Shown here piece after piece: positions 1 through 7,710 of a DNA stretch of 64,000 nucleotides. The position numbers and the translations under genes were made by a program. Positions within the stretch are counted from its first letter, which is position 1, and each line of letters opens with the position of its first letter. The notes beneath the pieces were generated by a model. That model saw nothing but the letters and a program-made list of their open reading frames with translations, was not told where the DNA came from and ran no database searches. The stretch is from Elusimicrobiales bacterium (GTDB lineage Bacteria > Elusimicrobiota > Elusimicrobia > Elusimicrobiales > UBA9959): contig JBBRDG010000002.1 in the NCBI GenBank assembly GCA_038204165.1, positions 25,832-89,831 on the forward strand. Direction: 5' to 3'.

Positions 1-1
1 C

Positions 2-2791
2 CAGAAGGTTTTCTGGAAGCTGAGAGCTAAAGACCGGGCCGGCAAGCCGGCCTCCGGCGAGGCTATGGTCAAGGTGTTCGACCGCTCGCTTGAGTATTAC
101 GGCAGCGACGCAGGTTTCTGGGGGGATTCTCTTTACCCGGCGCGCCCTTCAGAGGGAACAGGCCAAGGGTCCTTGTTCAATCCCTACACGCTTACGCTGC
201 CTATCAGGACCGGGATCATCCAGCGCATGCTGGAGGCTTTCCGGGGCGCCACGGCCGAGGAGCGCATGGCTTCGCTGCGGATAGCATCCGCGCGGGTTCG
301 CGGCTATGGCCGCGGCGGTTATAAGTCCAAGGGAATAGCTTTTGAGGAGTCCGGAGCTGGCGGGCAGATGCTGGCTATGGATTCTTCCAATACGCTGGCG
401 GCTCCGGCGGCGGCTCCTACGCGTTCGATGGAAATGGCTTCGGGTAAGGCCTCTCTAGCCGGCGCTCCGGGCGCAATGGCGAAAAGCAGGAAGGAAGACG
501 CGCCTCAACAGCCCGAGGTTAAAGTGCGTACGGATTTTTCCGAGACGGCCTATTATAACCCGCAGCTCAAGGTGTTTAAAGGCGAGGGCGCTTTCTCTTT
601 CCGCATCCCCGAGCGGCTTACTTCGTGGAAGATCTCTTCGTACCTGGTGACGCGCGACGTGCGGCGCGGCTCTTTCAGCGCCGAGGCTGTTACCAAAAAG
701 GACCTGATGGTGCGCCTGGACTTTCCGCGCTTCTTCCGCGAGGGCGACGTTTCCCGGCTGACCGCCGTGGTGACCAACGACACCGCCGGCGAGCTGGCCG
801 GCGAAGTGGCGCTGTCTGTAACGCGGGAAGGCGGGGACGCCGCTGGCGACTTTGGAATAAAAGACCTTTCGCGGCCTTTCTCCGTTAAGGGGAACGGCAC
901 CGTGAGCATATATTGGGACATAACCGCGCCGCGCGGCACGGCGGCCTACAAGGTGCGCGCGGTGGCCCGCTCCGGGCAGCTCGCCGACGCGCAGGAGAAC
1001 GACCTGCCCGTGCTGCCTTCGCGCGAGCGCCTGATAGCTTCCGGCGTGGCCGCGCTCGACGGGGATTCCGCCAAGACCTTCAGCCTGCCCGAGCTTGAAA
1101 AAGCGGACCCCACCCGCGAGGTGGAGTCGCTGCACCTGGAGGTGCAGCCGCAGCTGATCCTTACGGTGCTCAATAGCCTGCCCTTCCTGGTGCACTATCC
1201 TTACGAATGCACCGAGCAGCTGCTGAACCGCTACGTGCCGCTGGCTATCACCAACAGTTTCTACCGCAAGTACCCGCAGCTGCGCGCCTCGGTGGCCAAG
1301 ATTCCGAAGCGCGATACGCTTACTCCGGCGTGGGAAAGGGATAACCCCGTGAGGCTGATGAGCCTGATGGAAAGCCCGTGGGAGCAGGAATCACAGGGCC
1401 GCAAGTCTTACTGGCCCGTGGTTGATATGCTGGACCCCAAGGTGGTGGCCGCCGAGAAGGAAGACGCCTTTTACAAACTGAAGGCTTACCAGAACTCCGA
1501 CGGTTCCTTCCCGTGGTTCCCCGGCGGCCATCCCAGCCTGTATATGACGCTCTACGCGCTGGAGGGGTTCGCCGAAGCTTCGCGCTACGGCGTGGACGTA
1601 CCGCAGGACATGGCCAAGCGGGCGCTGGCTTACGTGCTGGCCGAAATCCCCGCGCATCTGAAGGCGGAGGAAGAGCAGACCTCGCTGGTGCTGTACGCGG
1701 CCTACGTGGTGACCTCTTTCCCGGCTGCCTGGCCGGAGAGCAAGACCGCCCTGACTTACGCCAAGGCCTGGACGGACTACGCCGACAAGCACGCGGGCGC
1801 TATGACCGCCTTCGGCAAGGCCTACGCGGCTTACGTTTACCTGCGCTTGGGCGAAAAGGCCAAGGCCGAAAGCTACCTGGCCCGGGCCATGGACGGAGCG
1901 CGCTCCGACGATATCGCCGGGGTGTACTGGACGCCTGAGAAGATCTCCTGGCTGTGGTACAACGACACGGTGGAGAAGCACGCCTTTATCCTGCGCACGC
2001 TGCTGGCGGTGCATCCGAAGGACCCGAAGATAGCGGGCCTGGTGCGCTGGCTGCTGTTTAACCGCAAGGCCAACGAGTGGAAATCCACCAAGGCTTCGGC
2101 GGCGGCCATCTACTCGCTGCTCGACGTTATGAAGAGCAAGGGCGCGCTGGACAAGGCCGAGAACTATTCTATAAAGTGGGGCGGCATTTCGGAGAACAAG
2201 GAACTGCAGCCCTTCGACTGGGTGGCGGCGCCGCTGCGCTGGTCCAAGTACGGTAAGGAAATTACGCCGAAGGACTTTTCTCCCCGCGTGGAGAAGAAAG
2301 GACCGGGCCTGGCCTTCGCGGCTTTCACCGGCATCTATACTACGGATAAGACGGCGGAGGAGTCTCCGGCGGGCATGATGAACGTTTCCCGGCAGTATTT
2401 CCTGCGGAGCAAGGAGGGGGACGTTTATACGCTTAAGCCGTTGGCTTCAGGCGCTACGGTGGGGGTTGGCGACGAGATCGAGGTGCACCTGACCGTTAAG
2501 ACGCGCAGTCAGTTCGAGTATGTGCACCTGAAGGACCCGAAGGCCGCTGGGTTCGAGGCCGAGGAGCTGAACAGCGGCTGGAAGTGGGACCAGCTGGGCC
2601 GCTACGAGGAGCCTCGTGATTCGCTTACCAACTTCTTTGTGGAATGGCTGCCGCACGGCGAGTATACGCTGAAGTACCGGCTGCGCCCTACTACGCCCGG
2701 TTCCTACAAGCTGGGAGCGGCGGTGCTGCAGTCTATGTACGCGCCGGAATTCGCCGCGCACTCGGCCGGTATGACGATCAACGTAAAGTAG
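2..2791 (+). CDS. alpha-2-macroglobulin family protein, C-terminal ~930 aa (5' end lies outside the window)
   Basis: The frame is open from nt 2 with no stop before the first ATG at 65. Thioester motif CTEQ sits at nt 1208-1219 (context YPYECTEQLLNRY). An Ala/Gly/Ser/Met-rich low-complexity stretch (about nt 290-540) lies roughly 250-300 aa upstream of the thioester, where bacterial A2M bait regions sit. The ORF is one long uninterrupted reading frame. Confidence 0.85.
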   Translation, partial: QKVFWKLRAKDRAGKPASGEAMVKVFDRSLEYYGSDAGFWGDSLYPARPSEGTGQGSLFNPYTLTLPIRTGIIQRMLEAFRGATAEERMASLRIASARVRGYGRGGYKSKGIAFEESGAGGQMLAMDSSNTLAAPAAAPTRSMEMASGKASLAGAPGAMAKSRKEDAPQQPEVKVRTDFSETAYYNPQLKVFKGEGAFSFRIPERLTSWKISSYLVTRDVRRGSFSAEAVTKKDLMVRLDFPRFFREGDVSRLTAVVTNDTAGELAGEVALSVTREGGDAAGDFGIKDLSRPFSVKGNGTVSIYWDITAPRGTAAYKVRAVARSGQLADAQENDLPVLPSRERLIASGVAALDGDSAKTFSLPELEKADPTREVESLHLEVQPQLILTVLNSLPFLVHYPYECTEQLLNRYVPLAITNSFYRKYPQLRASVAKIPKRDTLTPAWERDNPVRLMSLMESPWEQESQGRKSYWPVVDMLDPKVVAAEKEDAFYKLKAYQNSDGSFPWFPGGHPSLYMTLYALEGFAEASRYGVDVPQDMAKRALAYVLAEIPAHLKAEEEQTSLVLYAAYVVTSFPAAWPESKTALTYAKAWTDYADKHAGAMTAFGKAYAAYVYLRLGEKAKAESYLARAMDGARSDDIAGVYWTPEKISWLWYNDTVEKHAFILRTLLAVHPKDPKIAGLVRWLLFNRKANEWKSTKASAAAIYSLLDVMKSKGALDKAENYSIKWGGISENKELQPFDWVAAPLRWSKYGKEITPKDFSPRVEKKGPGLAFAAFTGIYTTDKTAEESPAGMMNVSRQYFLRSKEGDVYTLKPLASGATVGVGDEIEVHLTVKTRSQFEYVHLKDPKAAGFEAEELNSGWKWDQLGRYEEPRDSLTNFFVEWLPHGEYTLKYRLRPTTPGSYKLGAAVLQSMYAPEFAAHSAGMTINVK

Positions 2792-2813
2792 CGCCGCGAG
2801 ATGTGAAGTCGGT

Positions 2814-2939
2814 GCGCCGAGGATATGGGGTCGTCGGGCACGGCGTCGCGAACACCGTTCGCGCGCCTCGTCACTCCCTCGCCGCGCTGCGCAAGCGGCT
2901 TCAGTCCGTGACGACCCGCCGACCTCATACCCTCGGCGC
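2814..2939. repeat. long imperfect inverted repeat enclosing two small hairpins (structured RNA, REP-like element or complex terminator)
   Basis: Outer stem GCGCCGAGG (2814-2822) pairs with CCTCGGCGC (2931-2939). The stem continues with few mismatches through 2824-2838 / 2915-2929 and CACGG (2839-2843) / CCGTG (2906-2910). Inner hairpins are CGCGAAC-acc-GTTCGCG (2847-2863) and GCCGC-N9-GCGGC (2881-2899). It lies between convergent genes. Confidence 0.5.
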
Positions 2940-2980
2940 CCCTCCGGGGGCTTGGGCTCTTATGTTTTTGTTGTGAAAGG

Positions 2981-3307
2981 TTAGAAACGGCGGAAGGTGA
3001 AGGTGTTGGTGGAGCCGAAGGAGAGGAGTTTGAAGAGCAGGTAGAAGATCAGGGCTCCGAGCAGCATGAGCGGGATGCCGATGATGGCGCCTATGAGGGT
3101 GGAGGTGAGCAGGGCGCCGGCTATGAAGAGGCAGATGCCGACTATCGCCATGGCGGCTGCCAGGCGCATCTTAATGCGGGCGAGCAGGCCGGGGGCCTGG
3201 GGGGGAGGAGCGCTGAAACGGGGCTCCTCCCGGCGCGGACCGCCGCCGGGGCTTATGAGCTCCGGTTCTACGCATTCTTCGCTGACCGCAAGGTTCGTGT
3301 CCGCCAT
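2981..3307 (-). CDS. small membrane protein, unknown function
   Basis: 108-aa ORF. A Pro/Glu-rich N-terminus is followed by two hydrophobic helices (AAAMAIVGICLFIAGALLTSTLIGAIIGIPLMLLGALIFYLLF). I recognise no family. Confidence 0.45.
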   Translation of the reverse strand: MADTNLAVSEECVEPELISPGGGPRREEPRFSAPPPQAPGLLARIKMRLAAAMAIVGICLFIAGALLTSTLIGAIIGIPLMLLGALIFYLLFKLLSFGSTNTFTFRRF

Positions 3308-3384
3308 AGTTAGATTATATAAAAACGGCGCAATAAATCCGTCATAATTCAGGGCTATAATATAGGGAGCAACGGAGAAGCAGC

Positions 3385-4368
3385 ATGAAAAAAGTAACTG
3401 CGCTGGTTTTTACGGCCGCCGCGCTGGCGGTACTTGCTTTTTGTCCGCCAACGCGGGCCGAAGATGAGGCGCAGGTTAACGCCTTGCTGGTATTGCCCGG
3501 GCCTGAGATGGCTTTCGATAAGAAATTTCAGGATTTCCTGGAGAAGAACGGGGCCAAGCTGCTGAAATCCTACCCGCCCAGTGTTTTCGAAGGCTATGTG
3601 CCGCAGGACCTGGACAAGGAACTGGGCGAGCTTTACGGCGTGCTGATCTACCGCGGCAGGGTGGACGACTGGGGCTCTTTCGCCAAATACGGCGAGAAGG
3701 CCGTCTTTGCGGCTAATACCTGGAACAAACGGTTTGTGGAAGACCCGCCCGCGGCGCCGCTGGTAGTGAGCCTCAGCGTGCTCAAGGGCGGCCGCAAAGG
3801 CGCGGCCATAGACCTGAACTGGAACGAGGTTATGAAGGCCGTTTCCTACCGCCTGCAGATCAGCACGGAAGAGGCGTTCGATTCTTTAACCCTGGATACC
3901 GGGCTTGCGCGTAACACCTACCGGCTTTATCCCGCCTTCTGGAACGACGGGGTCTATTACTGGCGCGTCTCCGGCCAACTGGTCCTGAACAACGGCGAAA
4001 CCAGGGAAGGGGCCTTCTCCGAGCCGGGCTCCTTCGCGGTTTCCAGAAAAGCCCGCCCGGCGTCCGCCGGCAAGCCCGCCTCACCGGTCTTGCCCGCCAG
4101 GGCCAGGATCAGCGGGCGCTCCATTTCCTGGGGCGGCAAGGCCAAATTTTACCGGCTGCAGGTTTCCGACTCTAAAGATTTTTCCGCCCCGCTGGCCGAA
4201 GTTTTCACCGACACCTGCACGTATAAGGCCGCCGACCTGCCGGTTAAGCCAGGGAAGGCCTACTATATGAGGGTTATGGGCGCCGACACTTTTGGCCCCG
4301 GAGAATGGTCAGATATTTCAGAGGTGACCCTGGAGCCGAAGCAGGCCCGCAGGAAGGTCCGTCGGTAG
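3385..4368 (+). CDS. exported protein with two FN3-like repeats, unknown function
   Basis: Signal peptide MKKVTALVFTAAALAVLAFCPPTRA. Two internal repeats share the pattern W..(K)A..YRLQ(I/V)S....F (LNWNEVMKAVSYRLQISTEEAF and ISWGGKAKFYRLQVSDSKDF). The stop lies 11 nt before the M6 protease start. Confidence 0.7.
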   Translation: MKKVTALVFTAAALAVLAFCPPTRAEDEAQVNALLVLPGPEMAFDKKFQDFLEKNGAKLLKSYPPSVFEGYVPQDLDKELGELYGVLIYRGRVDDWGSFAKYGEKAVFAANTWNKRFVEDPPAAPLVVSLSVLKGGRKGAAIDLNWNEVMKAVSYRLQISTEEAFDSLTLDTGLARNTYRLYPAFWNDGVYYWRVSGQLVLNNGETREGAFSEPGSFAVSRKARPASAGKPASPVLPARARISGRSISWGGKAKFYRLQVSDSKDFSAPLAEVFTDTCTYKAADLPVKPGKAYYMRVMGADTFGPGEWSDISEVTLEPKQARRKVRR

Positions 4369-4379
4369 GCGCAGCTACT

Positions 4380-7300
4380 ATGAAAAGCAACAAATCCGTC
4401 AGGTTCTATCCCGCTTTCCTTTTCCTCGCGTTCGCGCTGGCGGCGCCGTCCCTTTGCCGCGCCGTGCCGGCTAATCCCAGGCCCATGGAAGTGCTGCAGG
4501 CGGACGGGACTACCGTGCAGATCTCGCTTAAGGGCGACGAGTATTACCATTGGAACGAGGACCATAGCGGCTATACGGTGCTGAAAGACACCGGCACCAG
4601 AAATTGGGTTTACGCCGAGAAGGATGCTTCCGGTTCCCTTCACGCCGGCAGAAATAAAGTGGGCGCCTCGAACCCTGCAATTCTCGGTTTTTCCAAACGA
4701 CTCTTCGATACCGCGCGGTTTAAAGCCGCTAAAGCTAAGCGGACCAAAGTCGAGGCCTCCTCGCCCTTCCGCGTCTCTTCCAGCGCCTCCACGGTTAGCG
4801 GAACTCAAGCCGCCTCCGCGCCGGCCAGGACGCCCATTCTGACCGGGACCATGAAAAACCTGGTAATCCTCGCCCGGTTCTCGGACCAAGCGGCTACTAA
4901 AAGCAAGGCCGACTTCGAAAATCTTTTTAATCAGCATGGCTATAATTATGATGGGGCAAAAGGGTCGGTCTGGGACTACTATAACGAGGTTTCATATGGC
5001 AAGCTGAATGTGATTTCAGTTGTTACAGACTGGGTAACTTTGCCGCATACACAGGCCTATTATGGCGCTGATGTCGGAGGGGAAGGTAATGATGCCGCCC
5101 CGCAGCAAATGGTTAGGGATGCCATAGACCAACTTGAGTCTAGTGGTTTTGATTTTAGAACTGTAGACGGTAATGGTGACCACCAGATAGACGGTCTGGA
5201 TATTATACACTCCGGTCGGGGGCAGGAAGATGGGAATCCTTCGAATACTATATGGTCTCATCAATGGGATCTAGGTTTAGACCCACGCAATTATGACGGT
5301 GTTGCAATGAGCAACTACCATACCGAACCGGAACTACGCGGCAATAGTGGTTCAGGTATTATTCGTATAGGCGTCATATGCCACGAGACAGGACATTTTC
5401 TTGGTCTGCCCGACCTCTACGATACTTTGAATGTCACCAGCGGCCTAGGTGCATTCTGTCTTATGTCTGGCGGTTCATGGAACGGGCCTGGATGGGATGG
5501 GTCGTCCCCCGCGCATATGAGCGCCTGGTGCAAGAAGACCCTGGGCTGGGCTACCCCGACGCAGCTTACGACTATAGGCGCGAAATCTCTGCCGCGTATT
5601 GAAGATAATTCTTCAGCCATGTATTTGCTGCGCGACAGCGCTTTCCCTTCTTACGAGTATTTTCTTGTAGAGAACAGGCAGGGATACGGCTTTGACGCCG
5701 GGCTGCCGGGGGCCAATCGCGGTATTCTTATCTGGCATGTGTCCGAAGATATGGTGGACAACAGCAAACCGGGCAATACGGTTTCCAATCACTACCTGGT
5801 AGATCTGGAAGAGGCAAGCGGCGTACAGCACCTGCTGCTAAGCGCTAACGCTACCGGAGACGATTCCGATTATTTCCGCGCCGGCAACAATACCAGCTTT
5901 ACCGACTCTACAACGCCTAACAGCAAAAGCTACTCCGGACTGAGCCTGAAGCTGCCGATTTCGGCTATTACGGGCAGCGGTACTCCCATGACGTTTTACC
6001 TGGGTACTTCCGACGTAACTCCTCCTACCGCGATAGCGAACGTTTACGACGGGCTTGGCGCTGACATTAGCAAGACCGGCTCGCTTACCCAGCTTTCGGC
6101 CAACTGGACGCCGTCCACCGACCCGGAGACCGGGCCGGTAAGGTACAGCTACGCCATCGGCACGTCCGTCGGCCTGGCGAACGTGGCGGACTGGACGGAT
6201 AACGGGGCTTCCCAGTCCGTAACCAGGGGCGGCCTCTCCCTTACCAACGGGATTACTTATTACTTCGGCGTTAAAGCTACCAACAGTGTAGGCGTTGAAA
6301 CCCTCGCCGCGCAGTGGTCCAACGGCCAGTTGGTTGATACAACCATACCTTCAGACGTTAAATACGTAAACGACGGTACCGTGGCGGATATTGATTATGT
6401 TTCCTCGCAGCATGTGCTGTCTGCCAACTGGGGCGCCCCTGATTCCGGCGGGATCCTGGAGTACCAGTATGCCATCGGGACTACGCCCGGCGGGACAGAC
6501 GCCCTCGCCTGGGCTACCGCAGGGCTGGCTACCGAAGTTACAAAGACTGGCCTTACTCTGGCCGAGAATTCCACCTATTATATTTCCGTGAAGGCCAGGA
6601 ACATAAATGGTTTTTCCTCGCCGGTAGCGTCCGACGGCCAGCGCGTGGATACCACCAGCCCTACGGCCAGGGTGGAGATAATTTCCGTCCTGCCGGCCAA
6701 GACCGGGCCTTTCACCGCCCGGCTCATCCTTACTGAAGCCAGCGGGCTGACCGGCTTGCCGGTGCTGAAGCTGGCTCAGGGCTGCGGCGCGGGCGCGCCG
6801 ATGGACCTGTCTTACACGGTTCTCTCCACCTGGGCGGCTTCCGGCTATATCGAATCCTATCTTTCCACCGGCACGGCCTGCCTTACTTTTACTGCAACAG
6901 ACCTGGCCGGGAATACCGGCACAGTGCTTACTGGCGGTTCCTTTAACGTGGACCCGGTAGTCTCCGGCGTGACGGGTGGCACGGTAAGGAACAGCGACGG
7001 CGCCAGCGTTACGGTTCCGGCCGGCGCTTACTCCGCCGGACTCTATATCACCATCTCGACGCTTGCGGCTTCGCGCGAAGCCACGGCTGACGCCGCGTCT
7101 TTCGATTCTATAAAGCTGCGCTCCGTGGACCTGACCCGCGAGTTCAAGGCCCGCAACGCCGGAGGGGCGCCTATTACCGACTTCTCCGCGCACCCGGTCA
7201 CCATAGCGCTGGGCTACCCCGACGCCAACAACGACGGCCGGATAGACGGGGATTTTATAAACGAAGGCCTGGCCTGGCTTTATTACATGGACGAAACGGC

Positions 7301-7709
7301 GGGCAAATGGACGCCGCTCGCGGGCGTGACCCGCCACCCCGCCGGCAATACGCTTTCGGCTGAAGTTTCCCACTTCTCGGTTTACGCGGTCAGAGTCTCG
7401 GCCGCTTCCGACGAGGGACTGGCCGGCGTGAAAGCTTATCCTAATCCCTGCGTTATGCGCAGCGCTCCCGCCGGCCTTGTGATTTCCGGGATTCCCGTGG
7501 ACGCGGTCTCACCAGCCGTGCATATCTATAACGAGGCGGGGGAACTGGTGCGCACGCTGCTGCCCGGGGACGGGATAGACGGCATAAATACCGCTCATTG
7601 GGATGGAAAGCTTAAAGGCGGGGCCAAGGCCGCCAGCGGCCTGTATATATATTTAGTAAAGACCACGAATTACGGTAAAGGCAGAGGCAAGTTCTTCATT
7701 GTCTGGTGA
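4380..7709 (+). CDS. M6 (immune inhibitor A-like) zinc metalloprotease with tandem FN3-like domains and a Por-type/FlgD-Ig-like C-terminal sorting domain
   Basis: I chose the internal ATG at 4380 because it gives signal peptide MKSNKSVRFYPAFLFLAFALAAPSLCRA. HExxH motif HETGH is at nt 5382-5396 (HETGHFLGLPDLYD). The C-terminal ~90 aa (from about nt 7431) read YPNP...HIYNEAGELV...WDGKLKGG..ASGLYIYLV, which is the pattern of T9SS-type CTDs. Confidence 0.85.
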   Translation: MKSNKSVRFYPAFLFLAFALAAPSLCRAVPANPRPMEVLQADGTTVQISLKGDEYYHWNEDHSGYTVLKDTGTRNWVYAEKDASGSLHAGRNKVGASNPAILGFSKRLFDTARFKAAKAKRTKVEASSPFRVSSSASTVSGTQAASAPARTPILTGTMKNLVILARFSDQAATKSKADFENLFNQHGYNYDGAKGSVWDYYNEVSYGKLNVISVVTDWVTLPHTQAYYGADVGGEGNDAAPQQMVRDAIDQLESSGFDFRTVDGNGDHQIDGLDIIHSGRGQEDGNPSNTIWSHQWDLGLDPRNYDGVAMSNYHTEPELRGNSGSGIIRIGVICHETGHFLGLPDLYDTLNVTSGLGAFCLMSGGSWNGPGWDGSSPAHMSAWCKKTLGWATPTQLTTIGAKSLPRIEDNSSAMYLLRDSAFPSYEYFLVENRQGYGFDAGLPGANRGILIWHVSEDMVDNSKPGNTVSNHYLVDLEEASGVQHLLLSANATGDDSDYFRAGNNTSFTDSTTPNSKSYSGLSLKLPISAITGSGTPMTFYLGTSDVTPPTAIANVYDGLGADISKTGSLTQLSANWTPSTDPETGPVRYSYAIGTSVGLANVADWTDNGASQSVTRGGLSLTNGITYYFGVKATNSVGVETLAAQWSNGQLVDTTIPSDVKYVNDGTVADIDYVSSQHVLSANWGAPDSGGILEYQYAIGTTPGGTDALAWATAGLATEVTKTGLTLAENSTYYISVKARNINGFSSPVASDGQRVDTTSPTARVEIISVLPAKTGPFTARLILTEASGLTGLPVLKLAQGCGAGAPMDLSYTVLSTWAASGYIESYLSTGTACLTFTATDLAGNTGTVLTGGSFNVDPVVSGVTGGTVRNSDGASVTVPAGAYSAGLYITISTLAASREATADAASFDSIKLRSVDLTREFKARNAGGAPITDFSAHPVTIALGYPDANNDGRIDGDFINEGLAWLYYMDETAGKWTPLAGVTRHPAGNTLSAEVSHFSVYAVRVSAASDEGLAGVKAYPNPCVMRSAPAGLVISGIPVDAVSPAVHIYNEAGELVRTLLPGDGIDGINTAHWDGKLKGGAKAASGLYIYLVKTTNYGKGRGKFFIVW
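6012..6647 (+). repeat. tandem in-frame duplication of a ~104-108 aa FN3-like domain inside the M6 protease gene
   Basis: Unit 1 begins at DVTPPTA (6012), unit 2 at DTTIPSD (6336), and the array ends before DTTSPTA (6648). Shared motifs are LSANW, Y.YAIGT, TYY..VKA.N and G..VDTT.P. Confidence 0.6.
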
Positions 7710-7710
7710 T

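Noticed and set aside
4305-4379. Upstream extension of the M6 protease ORF overlapping the preceding gene
   Set aside because: The internal ATG at 4380 yields a canonical signal peptide and removes the 64-nt overlap.
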